A DNA stretch of 64,000 nucleotides from Eledone cirrhosa (Eukaryota). The stretch is from contig OZ024765.1 of NCBI GenBank assembly GCA_964016885.1, positions 14,260,001 to 14,324,000 of the forward strand. The letters are read 5' to 3'. Position 1 is the stretch's first letter. The number at the start of each line of letters is the position of its first letter. The notes under the pieces are model-generated. The model saw only the letters and a program-made list of their open reading frames with translations, was not told where the DNA came from and searched no databases. Below are positions 1-13,997 of the stretch, in pieces. A program made the position numbers and the translations under genes.

Positions 1-337
1 AGATTTAAACCTCCGTGAATCGAACCAACGTAACTTAGCTTTCAACTTAGGGTACCCACTACACTGCACGAACCACCACAGAAATATAATCATTAAGTAC
101 ATTCTAGCCTTCTTAGTTCTATACCACACTAATGTCTGTAAGTACCTCATCAACCCATAAGCATATCACTTCCCAGTTGCTGTCAGCACTTGAACATTTC
201 AAAATACAAGATACATATATATATATATATATATATACATATATATAATGGAAAATTTGAACAGGAACAAAACAGAGAGGCAGTACAACGAATATTTATT
301 AATTTCACGCTCTTGAGAGTGGGGTGGTGGTGGGGAA

Positions 338-366
338 CGACGTTTCGGGCATAAGCCCTTCTTCAG
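338..366 (-). ncRNA. Minimal hammerhead-like core (Penelope pseudo-LTR type)
   Basis: Minus strand reads CTGAAGA-a-GGGC-ttat-GCCC-GAAA-CG-TC. Stem I pairing is not evident. Confidence 0.5.
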
Positions 367-911
367 GTGAAAAGTGTGTGGGAAGAGAGTTCAAAGGGTG
401 TGTAAGGGAGTGGTGGAGAGACATATAGCGAAAAGGGGGTGGGAGGAAACGGTGCTAATGAAATTAAAAATAAAAGCATGATCAAAATAAAATTAAAATG
501 GGGTAAAACATATATATATATATATATACATGTATATATATATATATACATGTATATATATACAAATATATATATATATATATAAATGGAAAAAAATGAA
601 ATTTCATTTCTCACTCTTAGTACGGCTGATACGTAAATATAAGTATGTATACGTACATACATATATGTATACAGACGCACACTAGTATGTATATACAAAC
701 ATACATGCACACACATATATATATGTACGTATGGGTTTACCGAACATTTATTATAATGCTCGGTTTGTTTGTAAACAAGCAGCCAGAATTAGCACCGTAT
801 ACCTACCTGTCAGTCGTGCTGATGACAGCTAATAAGCTAGAAACTAGCTCATCGTTCCTTAGTCAGTGTTGAACAAAGGGGCAACAATGGTTGCCAAACA
901 CTGTTGAAAAC

Positions 912-1756
912 AGAGGTGTGTGTATGTAAACGGGAGTGTATATGTGTATATTATACAGGTGTGTGTGTGTAAACAGGTGTGTATATGTGTTTATTATACA
1001 GGTGTGTGTGTGTAAACAGGTGTGTATATGTGTGTAATATACAGGTGTGTGTGTGTAAACAGGTGTGTATATGTGTGTATTATACAGGTGTGTGTGTGTA
1101 AACAGGTGTGTATATGCATGTATATAATAATACACAGGAGTGTATATATGCATGTATTATACTGGTGTGTGTATGTAAACAGGTGTGTATATGCGTATAT
1201 TATGATACTACACAGGTATGTATGATAAATCACAGGAGTGTATATATGCATGTATTTTACAGGTGTGTATATGCGTATATTATGATACTACACAGGTGTG
1301 TAATGCGTATATTATGATACTACACAGGTGTGTAATGCGTATATTATGATACTACACAGGTGTGTAATGCGTACATTATGATACTACACAGGTGTGTATA
1401 TGCGTATATTATGATACTACACAGGTGTGTAATGCGTATATTATGATACTACACAGGTGTGTATATGCGTATATTATGATACTACACAGGTGTGTAATGC
1501 GTATATTATGATACTACACAGGTGTGTAATGCGTATATTATGATACTACACAGGTGTGTAATGCGTATATTATGATACTACACAGGTGTGTAATGCGTAT
1601 ATTATGATACTACACAGGTGTGTAATGCGTATATTATGATACTACACAGGTGGTAATGCATATATTATGATACTACACAGGTGTGTATATGCGTATATTA
1701 TGATACTACACAGGTGTGTATATGTGTATATTATGATACTACACAGGTGTGTGTGT
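912..1756. repeat. 32-33 bp minisatellite (tacacaggtgtgtaatgcgtatattatgatac and variants)
   Basis: Tandem periodicity visible. Ends about 16 nt from the exon F donor. Confidence 0.9.
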
Positions 1757-1772
1757 GAAAGCAGTTACTCAC

Positions 1773-1859
1773 CTGGCCATACAAGTGTATCATCAGGTAA
1801 GTGCTGTAAAGCATCTAAAGATTTCAACATAACTTCAGCAGAACATTCAAACATTCGAC
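1773..1859 (-). CDS. PNKD: PNKD-like exon F (87 nt): RMFECSAEVMLKSLDALQHLPDDTLVWP(G)
   Basis: Acceptor ttattgtag and donor gtgagt. Matches the GRxFE...LPDDTLVWPG(HEY) region. The GHEY exon must lie beyond position 1. Confidence 0.93.
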
Positions 1860-2001
1860 CTACAATAAGAACAACAATAATAACATGACATATCACTATA
1901 TATAATATCTAAACTATAATAAAGTAAGAAGTACGGGACTACGTACGGTTTATAATTTTTTTATCCCATTAGTAAAATAAGTTGGATTACTTTGAATAAA
2001 T

Positions 2002-3496
2002 AATTGTTTCTACTTTTGGCACAAGGCCAACAATTAGCCAGTGTATTACTGGTACTTTATTTTATCGACCCCGTAAGGATGAAAGGCAAAGTTAACCTCG
2101 GCGGGATTTGAATAAATAATGAATGAATATTACATAATTTATCTACTAAATTTCGTGGCTGTTCATTAAATATATTTTATTATTTATTTAAAGATTGGTG
2201 GTGGATTGGCAGTATTGGTAGAGGGTCGGATGCCATGCTTTGACGCGTAGAGTTACGGCCCTTGCCATTCTGAGTTCAAATCCCGCCGAGGTTAACTTTG
2301 CCTTTCATCCTTACGGGGTCGATAAAATAAAGTACCAGTAATACACTGGGTAATTGCTGGCCTTGTGCCAAAAGTAGAAACAATTATTTATTTAAAGATT
2401 CACTTCTTTAAAATTTTCAAATGTCAACACTTCCGGTTAGCGATCGCTTAAATAAACTTATTAATTTTCTGTCGATAATTTTCTCCAAATGCAGTTTATA
2501 TATAATATTGTCTTTTTTTAAATGTATCATGGATTACTTTACTGATTAAATAAGAGAGTGTAACACAGTCTCTCTTCAATTTCTGTGTATATTGTCAATT
2601 ACGATTTTATTTGATGTATCATATATACCTGCGTATAATATCAATATACACACTACACATGCTAGCAGAAAACCACCAGAAGGATGGTTTTTCTGCTAGT
2701 TTATTATATAATTGTTTCTACTTTTGGCACAAGGCCATCAATTACCCAGTGTATTACTGTTACTTTATTTTATCGACCCCGTAAGGATGAAAGGCAAAGT
2801 TAACCTTGGCGGGATTTGAACTCAGAATGGCAAGAGCCGTAACTCTATACATCAATGCATGGCGTTCGAGCCTCTACCGATACTGCCAATTCACCGCCTA
2901 GTTTATTATATAATGATTGGACAACTGGGAAACTGTGACTGGGGTATTTTTTTTCTGAACACTTTATTAAAATAAGTTGGATTACTTTGAACAAATTATG
3001 AATGAACTTTATGTAATTGAATTGGACAATTTATTTATGTTAAAAACTGTATAAACATGATATTATTTACAGTAAAAGTAATGGTTGCTACTTTAAGCAG
3101 AAGGCCAGCAATTTTGGGGGAGGGGAAAGTTGATTAAATCAACCCCAGTGTATTACTGGTACTTTATTTTATCAACCACATAAGGATGAAAGGCAAAGTT
3201 AACCTCGGTGGGATTTGAACTCAGACTGTAAAGGACCATAACTCTGTGCTGCGAAGCAGGGTGTCCGACGCTCTATCGATTCTGCCAGTCCAATAATAAT
3301 AATAATAATAATAATTGTTTCTACTTTTGGCACAAGGCCAGCAATTACCCAGTACATTACTGGTACTTTATTTTATCGACCCCGTAAGAATGAAAGGCAA
3401 AGTTAACCTCGGCGGGATTTGAACTCAGAATGGCAAGGGCCGTAACTCTGTGCGTCAAAGCATGGCGTCCGACCCTCTGCCGATACTGCCAATCCA
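2002..3496. mobile_element. Cluster of five tRNA-derived SINE copies with a Meta/MESC-like central domain: 2002-2112 -, 2197-2388 +, 2711-2899 -, 3080-3292 -, 3311-3496 -
   Basis: A-box-like tggcagtattgg, B-box gagttcaaatcc, domain gcctttcatccttacggggtcgataaaataaagtacc and (att)n tail. Further copies at about 32378, 32648, 42320, 47063 and 51775. Confidence 0.8.
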
Positions 3497-3758
3497 ATAA
3501 TAATAATGACAACTATAATGATGGTAATAATAAAAAAAGAGAAACAAAAGGAAAGAAAGGATAGGGAAATATAGAGAAAAAAATAGGTGCTAAGTAACTG
3601 GGAGCGCATACTGGAGCAACATGAAATGAAGTGTTTTGCTGAAGAACAAACATACAAGCCAGTCTAGGAATTGAATCCACGACATCATGATCATAAGTCC
3701 AGCACCATTACCACTGGGCCTTGCGACTCCACTTCCTTGTAAACCCTGCTTAAATTAA

Positions 3759-4542
3759 CCCTTTTGCATTTACATTACACTATATTTACTATTGTATTTT
3801 CACAGTAAAGGCTTTACCTCACATAATATCTCGCATAACATTTACATTACTTTATATATACTATTATATTTTCACGGTAAAGGCTTTACCTCACATAATA
3901 TCTCACATAACATTTACATTACTCTATATATACTATTATATTTTCACGGTAAAGGCTTTACCTCACATAATATCTCACATAACATTCACATTACTCTATA
4001 TATACTATTATATTTTCACGGTAAAGGCTTTACCTCACATAATATCTCACATAACATTCACATTACTCTATATATACTATTGTATTTTCACAGTAAAGGC
4101 TTTACCTCTCATAATATCTCACATAACATTTACATTACTCTATATATACTATTGTATTTTCACAGTAAAGGCTTTACCTCTCATAATATCTCACATAACA
4201 TTCACATTACTCTATATATACTATTGTATTTTCACAGTAAAGGCTTTACCTCACATAATATCTCACATAACATTCACATTACTCTATATATACTATTGTA
4301 TTTTCACAGTAAAGGCTTTACCTCACATAATATCTCACATAACATTTACATTACTCTATATATACTATTGTATTTTCACAGTAAAGGCTTTACCTCACAT
4401 AATGTCGAATGTATGAGATTTTGATATTATTTATTTTGACAACAATACCTTAACATCAATATGAGTGGGCAGTTAGAGCCGGTTTGAACAGAAAGAGGTG
4501 AGAGAGTTCTGGCCGGATGTGGTCAGTTTGAATGCTAAAGGG
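3759..4542 (+). mobile_element. piggyBac-type MITE with an internal 72-bp tandem array (about 9 copies)
   Basis: TTAA|CCCTTTTGCATT ... AATGCTAAAGGG|TTAA ends, i.e. TTAA target duplication and short TIRs. Confidence 0.75.
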
Positions 4543-4566
4543 TTAAGAGAGAAATGAATTCCTTAC

Positions 4567-4730
4567 CGCAACCAGACAGAAAAAGATGGTCTCCGGAGAA
4601 CAAGGAGTCAGGGGCCCCAAATTGGTTTCCTTCCAATAGGTAGGTTAAGTGTCCAACAGTATGACCTGGGGTAGATATCACCCGGAATTTAAGGGAGCCA
4701 AATTGTATATATTCACCATGAGATACGGTA
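4567..4730 (-). CDS. PNKD: PNKD-like exon E (164 nt): TVSHGEYIQFGSLKFRVISTPGHTVGHLTYLLEGNQFGAPDSLFSGDHLFLSGC(G)
   Basis: Acceptor ctttacag and donor gtaagg. TPGHTxGH and LFSGDxLFLSGCG motifs. Confidence 0.95.
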
Positions 4731-4772
4731 CTGTAAAGAGAGAGACAATTGGGATATTTGGTTTTAATCAAG

Positions 4773-4803
<31 letters not shown>

Positions 4804-4862
4804 TATTTCTGGTTGGTTGGTTCGATAAGTGGATGGTTATTTATATATTGACTTTCATCCCA

Positions 4863-4906
4863 GTCACTGAGGAGGAAACAGAATGTGTGACAAAAGAGCT
4901 TTTACA
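4863..4906 (+). ncRNA. Degenerate hammerhead-like motif; partial second copy at 6116-6150
   Basis: The two copies give a consensus gtca-CTGAGGA-g-gtcaca-gaatg-tgtgac-GAAA-gagc-TT-tgac. This copy is mutated in the core and stem II; the 6116 copy lacks CTGAGGA. Confidence 0.45.
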
Positions 4907-5088
4907 ATATATAAACAACTATATATATATATATATATTTCCTTTATTAGTTGAAGCCGTGGTATCTCATATACTACACCACCACACCATACCACACCAC
5001 CACACGGTACCACGCTAACACACCATCATACCACAACACCAGTTTTGTTTATTTCAGTATAACCAATGACAAGGGGTAGGGTACTTAC

Positions 5089-5181
5089 TTTGTGGCACTA
5101 GGTACTTTGTCGAAAGCTCCTCCATAGACCTTTATATGGGGATACATTCTCTTCATGTGAGCATTTCCACCACTGTGGTCC
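5089..5181 (-). CDS. PNKD: PNKD-like exon D (93 nt): (W)DHSGGNAHMKRMYPHIKVYGGAFDKVPSAT(N)
   Basis: Acceptor tcttttcag and donor gtaagt. Completes THKHW-DHSGGN in phase with exon C. Confidence 0.93.
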
Positions 5182-5220
5182 CTGAAAAGACAATTACAAT
5201 ATCTATATATATATGTATGA

Positions 5221-5533
5221 TCCCATGACATTCGGAAACACTTTTTTCACGTTTAGAGTTGTTGAAGCATGGAATAAACTACCTGCATCAGTTGTTAGCT
5301 GTCGAGACACTGTATCCTTTAAAACCTCCATGGAACAAACTACCTGCATCAGTTGTTAGCTGTCGAGACACTGCATCCTTTAAAACCTCCATGGAACAAA
5401 CTACCTCCATCAGTTGTTAGCTGTCGAAACACTGCATCCTTTAAAACCTCCATGCTTCCTGAGATTTGCCAACACATGCACCTTTGATGAGTTGTAGTGC
5501 ACCTGAGCACTGTACATAATAATTTCATTATAT
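5221..5533 (+). mobile_element. CR1-like LINE 3' end with three 61-bp units
   Basis: RKHFFTFRVVEAWNKLPASVV-type ORF2 terminus and tail gtagtgcacctgagcactgtac...tcattat. Confidence 0.75.
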
Positions 5534-5571
5534 CACACACACACACAGACACACACACACACATATATATA

Positions 5572-6113
5572 TACTAGCTGAGGTACCCGGTAATACCTAG
5601 GAGCAGGGGTATTCCCGGTTCCCATTAAAATGCTCAATGCCTCTCAGACCAAAAATGAAATCATAATATAGGACACATAATCAAAAGCGAAGACAAATTC
5701 ATTTACGAAACAATAATAAAAACAAATATTGTTGATTGCATTGGTCAGGTGAAAAAATGTTTGTCAGAGAAGTTGAGTGTTGCTATAAGGAAAAAAATAG
5801 AATCTCCATTAGGGTATCTTAATATTATTGAAATTTGCTGAAATTTTGTAAATAGGCATCATATCTTGTCATTTACCTATGGTTTAAATTTCATATAAAT
5901 CGAAGAGAAAAAATTAAGCGGGGCTTCTCAGCGGGGGTTTGAGACCCCGGGGAACCCTTTGATTAAAATGAAATATACGTAAGAAATCAAATGGGCATGA
6001 GTTACACACACATGTCGAGTTTCATCAAGATCGGTTTGGTAGTTTTTGAGTTTTAGGTTCACAAACAAACACACAGGCAGGCAGTCAGAACTTGCCATTT
6101 ATGTATATATATA
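5572..6113 (+). mobile_element. Non-autonomous Helitron/Helentron-like element
   Basis: Starts tACTAGCTG..CCCGG, has internal tttcatcaagatcggt and (ACAA/GCAG)n tracts, and ends in atttatgtatatata. This is a Lep1/HINE-like architecture. Confidence 0.55.
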
Positions 6114-6364
6114 TAGGTCACAGAATGTGTGACGAAAGAACTTTGACAATATATGAACAATCGTCTGGTTATGGAACCAACCAACGAACCGGAAATTTAT
6201 AAATTCTTAAATTTATAAATTTAATTTATAATAAATTGGAGTGAAAGCAACTGGTGCGTGTGTTTCTTATTGGCAACATGACCCTCCCAAAGTATAACAA
6301 TATCGGTTTCAACACACGTTTTCAGATAAAGAATCTTGCTAAACAAATTCAGAAACGAAATATA

Positions 6365-6397
<33 letters not shown>

Positions 6398-6552
6398 ATA
6401 TGTATATATATATATATTTATATTTATATATATATGTATATATATATGTAAATCCCGGGTTAAATCGGGGATAACCACAGTATATATATATAGTTTAATA
6501 ATTACAAATGATATTGTATTAGTTTCACGCTTGAGAGTGGCGGGTTGATATA

Positions 6553-6606
<54 letters not shown>

Positions 6607-6659
6607 AATATCATAAAATAACAGGAGGCTGGTCTGGTGTAATTCCTTAAAGGTTTATT

Positions 6660-6717
6660 ATACTATGAACATTTCAATGACCGGGTTCAGTATGAATCCG
6701 GTGACATCATCAGGTAT
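6660..6717 (-). ncRNA. Type-I minimal hammerhead motif
   Basis: atac-CTGATGA-tgtc-accggattca-tac-tgaacccggt-catt-GAAA-tgttca-TA-gtat. Stems I and II pair. Confidence 0.6.
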
Positions 6718-6775
6718 TCGAAATTTAACAAAGGAATATAATCTATGGGACTGAAAAGGCATGTGAGAATAAATA

Positions 6776-7360
<585 letters not shown>

Positions 7361-7519
7361 GTATTTATTCTCACATAACAAGAAACAACAATGGTAATTC
7401 TCAAGAAAAATAAAATCTATTTTCTTCATTCTGGCCATCTGTTCTCCATCTTTTAATTTTACATACTCTTCTGGGACATTTCTTGGTTCCTCAACCCCAC
7501 ATCACCGCCCCGACCAAAC

Positions 7520-8431
7520 AACACCTCCACCAGCTACACACCACCTCCACCAGCTACACACCACCTCCACCAGCTACACACCACCTCCACCAGCTACATA
7601 CCACCTCCACCAGCTATACACCACCCCCACCAGCTACACACCACCTCCACCAGCTACATACCACCTCCACCAGCTACACACCACCTCCACCAGCTACACA
7701 CCACCTCCACCAGCTATACACCACCTCCACCAGCTACACACCACCTCCACCAGCTACACACCACCTCCACCAGCTACACACCACCTTCACCAGCTACATA
7801 CCACCTCCACCAGCTATACACCACCTCCACCAGCTATACACCACCTCCACCAGCTACACACCACCTCCACCAGCTACATACCACCTCCACCAGCTACACA
7901 CCACCTCCACCAGCTATACACCACCTCCACCAGCTACATACCACCTCCCCCAGCTACATACCACCTCCCCCAGCTACATACCACCTCCCCCAGCTACATA
8001 CCACCTCCACCAGCTACACACCACCTCCACCAGCTACACACCACCTCCACCAGCTACATACCACCTCCACCAGCTACACACCACCTCCACCAGCTACACA
8101 CCACCTCCACCAGCTACACACCACCTCCACCAGCTATACACCACCTCCCCCAGCTACACACCACCTCCCCCAGCTACACACCACCTCCACCAGCTACACA
8201 CCACCTCCACCAGCTACACACCACCTCCCCCAGCTACACACCACCTCCCCCAGCTACATACCACCTCCACCAGCTACATACCACCTCCACCAGCTACACA
8301 CCACCTCCACCAGCTATACACCACCTCCACCAGCTATACACCACCTCCACCAGCTACACACCACCTCCACCAGCTACACACCACCTCCACCAGCTACACA
8401 CCACCTCCACCAGTTATACACCACCTCCACA
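7520..8431. repeat. 20-bp minisatellite ccacctccaccagctacaca (about 45 copies)
   Basis: Exact 20-nt periodicity. Confidence 0.95.
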
Positions 8432-8808
8432 GTCATACACCCCACCCCATACACTCGCCACCCCACCCAGTCGGCCTCCAACCATGCATCACTTCCCTCC
8501 GTCAGGACCACACCACCTCCACAAGCTCCATATCCCTACCCTAACCACAGACCTCCACCCCCAACCATACAGCACTCCCCTCTGTCACACACCACCTCAC
8601 CCCAGCACCATACCCCTACCCTAACCACACACCACCCTCCCCTAGGACCAAGCCACCTCCACAAGCACCATACCCCCACCCCCACTTCCTCACCCCCGCC
8701 CCCTCACCCCACCAACCACCCTCACCCACCCCACCCCACACCACTATAAATTTCAAGGAAGTAACCTTTAATAGTTCTTTTATTAAACCTTCCTCTATTT
8801 TGAATCTC

Positions 8809-9277
8809 TCACACATACACACACACACCTACATACACGTACACATACACACACCTACATACACACACAACTACGTATACATACACATATAGACATACAC
8901 CCACACATACACAGACGCACACACACCTACATACACATACACACACACACCTATATATACATACACACACACATACACACACATACACACACACACCTAC
9001 ATATACATACACACATACACCCACACATACATATAAATACTCACACACATACACACACACCTACATACACATACACACATACATACATACAGATACCCAC
9101 CCTCACAAAATACATATACACACACATAAATACTCACACACAAACATACATAAATACTCACACACATACACACACACAGACACACATATATACATATACA
9201 CACACGCAAATATATATATATGTACATATACACATACACATATACACACACATATATATACATATACACAAACGCAT

Positions 9278-9308
<31 letters not shown>

Positions 9309-9911
9309 CACATATACACACACGCACATATATATATACATATATATACACATACACATATACATACACATAAATATATATACCTACATATACACACACA
9401 CACTGACACATGCACGCACATATATCTACATATACACATACATATACACATACATATATACCTAGATATACACATACACACACACTGACACATGCACACA
9501 CATATATATATACCTACATATACACACATATATATCTACATATACACAGACACATACAGACACACATACCAACACACACACACATATATATATATATATA
9601 CCTACATACACACACACATATATATATATATATACCTACACACACACATGCATACATATACACAGATACACACTCACACATACATACACACACACACAAA
9701 TACTCACACACATATACACATACACACACAAATACTCACACACATATACACATACATACACACACACCCACCTATATATACATACATACATACACACAGA
9801 GACACACACATATATATATACATACATTCACAGACACACAGAGAGACACAATCACAGACACACACACACATATATATATACATACATACACACTCACACA
9901 TATATATAAAT

Positions 9912-9944
<33 letters not shown>

Positions 9945-10097
9945 CATACATACACACATATATATATATATATATACATACACACTCACACACATATATA
10001 AATACACACACACACATACACACATATATATATATATACATACATACACACACATATATATATACATACATACACACACACACATATATATATATAT

Positions 10098-10128
<31 letters not shown>

Positions 10129-10160
10129 GACACATTCACAGACACATAGATACACAGCCA
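8809..10160. repeat. Compound (CA)n/(TA)n microsatellite field
   Basis: Low-complexity dinucleotide sequence. Similar fields at 21610-22445, 24990-26280, 29050-29525, 33720-34580, 44130-45310, 48590-49075 and 63030-63860. Confidence 0.95.
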
Positions 10161-10479
10161 CGCAGAAATGACAGTGGACAAGACCAGAATCTATGGATAA
10201 ATATAAAGATTTCAGCGTAGGTGTACCCATATAATAGAGGACCAAGTCCTGCATTGTAACCATGTAATAGAGGACCAAGTCCTGTTTTGAAACCATGTAA
10301 TAGAGGACCAAGTCCTGCTGTGGGGGCCCATGGGTAAACAGTGTCTTCTACGATAGCTTCTTCTTCTTGAGTCCTCCCTCCAGACTTCCCGATGCCTCAT
10401 CATAGCAACAAGATCCCACCCAAAGAGGCCAGTGTCCTTTGTCAACAGAGTCCTGATGGTTATGTTGGACATCCTGCAC

Positions 10480-12010
10480 CAGCCATGTCAAAAGATAAAC
10501 AGAAATGTCAACACAATTGTCGCTCTCTCCGACAGGTCTGCGGTTGTACCCTTGGCAGTGGAGAATTCTGGTGTCCTCGGCCCTAGGGCTACCTCCCTAC
10601 TCACCACCATAGACGCTGAGCTGGCTACCTGTAGCAGTGGAGACTTCTGGTGTCCTTGGCCTTAGGGCTACCTCCCTACTTACCACCATAGACGCTGAGC
10701 TGGCTACCTGTAGCAGTGGAGACTTCTGGGGTCCTTGGCCCTAGGGCTACCTCCCTACTCACCACCATAGGCGCTGAGCTGGCTACCTGTAGCAGTGGAG
10801 ACTTCTGGGGTCCTTGGCCCTAGGGCTACCTCCCTACTTACTACCATAGGCGCTGAGCTGGCTACCTGTAGCAGTGGAGACTTCTGGGGTCCTTGGCCCT
10901 AGGGCTACCTCCCTACTCACCACCATAGGCGCTGAGCTGGCTACCTGTAGCAGTGGAGACTTCTGGGGTCCTTGGCCCTAGGGCTACCTCCCTACTCACC
11001 ACCATAGGCGCTGAGCTGGCTACATGCAGCAGTGGAGACTTCTGGGGTCCTTGGCCCTAGGGCTACCTCCCTACTTACTACCATAGGTGCTGAGCTGGCT
11101 ACCTGCAGCAGTGGAGACTGCTGGGGTCCTTGGCCCTAGGGCTACCTCCCTACTTACTACCATAGGCGCTGAGCTGGCTACTTGTAGCAGTGGAGACTTC
11201 TGGGGTCCTTGGCCCTAGGGCTACCTCCCTACTCACCACCATAGGCACAGAGCTGGCTACCTGTAGCAGTGGAGACTTCTGGGGTCCTTGGCTCTAGGGC
11301 TACCTCCCTACTCACCACCATAGGCGCTGAGCTGGCTACCTGTAGCAGTGGAGACTTCTGGGGTCCTTGGCCCTAGGGCTACCTCCCTACTCACCACCAT
11401 AGGCGCTGAGCTGGCTACCTGCAGCAGTGGAGGCTTCTGGGGTCCTTGGCCCTAGGGCTACCTCCCTACTTACTACCATAGGCGCTGAGCTGGCTACCTG
11501 CAGCAGTGGAGACTTCTGGGGTCCTTGGCCCTAGGGCTACCTCCCTACTTACTACCATAGGCGCTGAGCTGGCTACCTGCAGCAGTGGAGACTTCTGGGG
11601 TCCTTGGCCCTAGGGCTACCTCCCTACTCACCACCATAGGCACAGAGCTGGCTACCTGTAGCAGTGGAGACTTCTGGGGTCCTTGGCTCTAGGGCTACCT
11701 CCCTACTTACTACCATAGGCGCTGAGCTGGCTACCTGTAGCAGTGGAGACTTCTGGTGTCCTTGGCCCTAGGGCTACCTCCCTACTTACTACCATAGACG
11801 CTGAGCTGGCTACCTGCAGCAGTGGAGACTTCTGGGGTCCTTGGCTCTAGGGCTACCTCCCTACTCACCACCATAGGCGCTGAGCTGGCCAGCCGCAGGT
11901 GCGAGCTTCATGAGCTGGAATGGTTTTTCCAGCGCGTCTCCCTTGCCGTCCTCCAGGGAAACTCCTTCTCCATTCTGTCCACCGGGGCTGTGGGGAGGCC
12001 ACCAATATGA
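10480..12010 (+). mobile_element. CRE-like (RLE) non-LTR retrotransposon 3' end containing a 79-bp tandem array (about 17 copies, 10555-11890)
   Basis: Collapsed sequence reads VPLAVETSGVLGPRATSLLTTIGAELASRRCELHELEWFFQRVSLAVLQGNSFSILST, typical of CRE-clade C-termini (PxAVETxG...FQRxSxAxQxGN). Confidence 0.7.
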
Positions 12011-12131
12011 TTGACTGACTTGTCATTTTATCAGTCAGATGTCTTTAGACATCACCCAGTTAAAGAGATATATCAGTACAGTATATAGAAGGGATATATT
12101 TAGGTTAACGCTTGAAATAGCAGGAAGAGGG

Positions 12132-12167
12132 TCTTAACGTTTCAGACATTAGTCCTTCATCAAAAGA
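12132..12167 (-). ncRNA. Minimal hammerhead motif with one core mutation; sister copy at 29584-29619 +
   Basis: tctt-(T)TGATGA-aggac-taat-gtct-GAAA-cg-TT-aaga. Shares about 60 bp of downstream sequence with the 29584 copy. Confidence 0.55.
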
Positions 12168-12741
12168 AAGAATGAGAATATAATAACGCTTGACCGGCTT
12201 TGTTCTACAGGAAAGTTCAGCCACCCGCCACCATGAAAGATTTAACTCTGTTCACAAAGAACTTCGACCACTCATTTTGATAACTACAACCTTTAGAAAT
12301 GCCTGACTATCGCATGCCCATATATGGAATTACCCCTTGAGGAGTTCAGCTATATCAACACCACACTAAAAATTTAATTTAGTCCAGAAATAGCTGTTGA
12401 AACGGCTTGAGCTCTGCCGCCTGAGTCCTGATTCTTTTGCTATTACCCACTCTACTACCCAAAGTATTGAGTACTCTGGTGCGTTATGGTCCACCTGGTT
12501 CCTTACCACACTTTCATCGTTATATATATATATATGTATAAGGATAAAAATGATGGATATTATACAACATTACATCCTGTCTGGTTGTGTTGAATGGATT
12601 AGGAATAATGTATGTATATATATATATGTATGTGAGTGTATATATGGAAAAACTCCATGGAAGCAGAAATATAATGAAGATATATATAAAACGATTAGTT
12701 GAATGATATATATAATATATATATAATATATATATATATAT

Positions 12742-13965
12742 GTGGACTTGATATATCTTGACTTTGCGAAGGCCTTTGACAAGGTCGACCACGGACTCGG
12801 CATAACTGGAAAAGTAGGTGAGTGGCTGCATGACTTCCTAAAGGACAGAAGCCAGGCAGTTGCAGCAAATGAGGCCCTCTCAAAGGAAACACCAATAACA
12901 AGTGGGGTGCCCCAGGGGACAGTCCTGGGACCACTACTGTTTTTGGTGGCTCTCTCAGACATGTCCTCTGTAGTACATACAACAACATCCCTCACTAGCT
13001 ATGCTGATGACACTAAGGTAGCACAGGCAATCAAAAACCCGGCTGACGCTGCCCTCTTACAGCAGGATCTGGATGCCATATACAAATGGGTGGAAGAAAA
13101 CAACATGCAGTTTAATGCTGGCAAATTCCAAGCCCTACAATACAAACCTCCAAACAAACCTGCAAATACAAATATAGTACAACACAACTACACAGGACCA
13201 GGAGGGACCGATATCCCCATGTCAAAATCGATACGAGACCTGGGCATAGACATGAGCGATGATGCATCTTTTTCAATGTGCAGACGACTCGCTGGCTGGA
13301 TCTTGAGGACTTTCCGGACAAGAGACCGAGACACCATGTTGACACTATGGAGGACATTTGTCCTAAGCTGCCTGGACTACTGCTCCCAGTTGTGGTCACC
13401 CCATAGTATCAAACTAACCACGGAGCTTGAGGCAATCCAGCGAAGCTACACCAAGAGGATTGCCACGATGAAGGAGACAAGCTACTGGGAGAGGCTGAAG
13501 GAACTGAACCTCTACTCCTTGGAACAAAGACGGGAGAGATACGTAGTGATCTACATGTGGAAAATCCTGGAGGGACTAGCACCAAAATTTGGCATTGGGA
13601 GCTGGACCAACCGTCGAACAGGACGTCACAGTGTGCTGCCAAAAGTCCCGTCTTCCACATCTAGAATAAGGAGCAGGTATTGCAATAGCCTGGGATTCAA
13701 GGGCCCTCAACTCTTCAACAGGTTGCCGAGGGATCTGAGAGATTTGCATGACGTGGAAGTGGATGTCTTCAAGAAACATCTCGACACCTTGTTATCCAGG
13801 ATCCCGGATGAGCCCATGGCAAGGCACGAGGGAAACCTAAGGGCAGCAGCAACAAACTCCCTCTTACACCAGTGGCCAACCTATACAGGCTGGAGATAAA
13901 ATGTGTAGCAACAAGGGCGGTGCCCCAGCATGGCCTCAGCCGGATGGCTGAAACAGGTAAAAGAG
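12742..13965 (+). mobile_element. 5'-truncated CR1/Crack-group LINE: reverse transcriptase ORF2 remnant (12742-13899) and 3' UTR
   Basis: YLDFAKAFDKVDHG, SGVPQGTVLGPLLF and YADDTK motifs. Apparent in-frame deletions. Flanked by (TA)n. Confidence 0.9.

Positions 13966-13997
<32 letters not shown>

Noticed and set aside
120-190. Candidate next PNKD exon (expected GHEY)
   Set aside because: Minus-strand reading gives no HEY motif or compatible acceptor.
812-856. CTGATGA-cagct-aata-agcta-GAAA-ctagc-TC hammerhead-like core
   Set aside because: Stem I cannot be paired and stem III is irregular; at best a decayed copy.
2426-2450. ACTTCCGG ETS-like promoter motif
   Set aside because: Single short motif with no supporting exon.
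3792-4424. 210-aa ORF with 24-aa repeats (also 55288-55989)
   Set aside because: Translation of the 72-bp MITE-internal array.
7483-8544. 353-aa extensin-like ORF
   Set aside because: Translation of a 20-bp minisatellite that cycles through all three frames.
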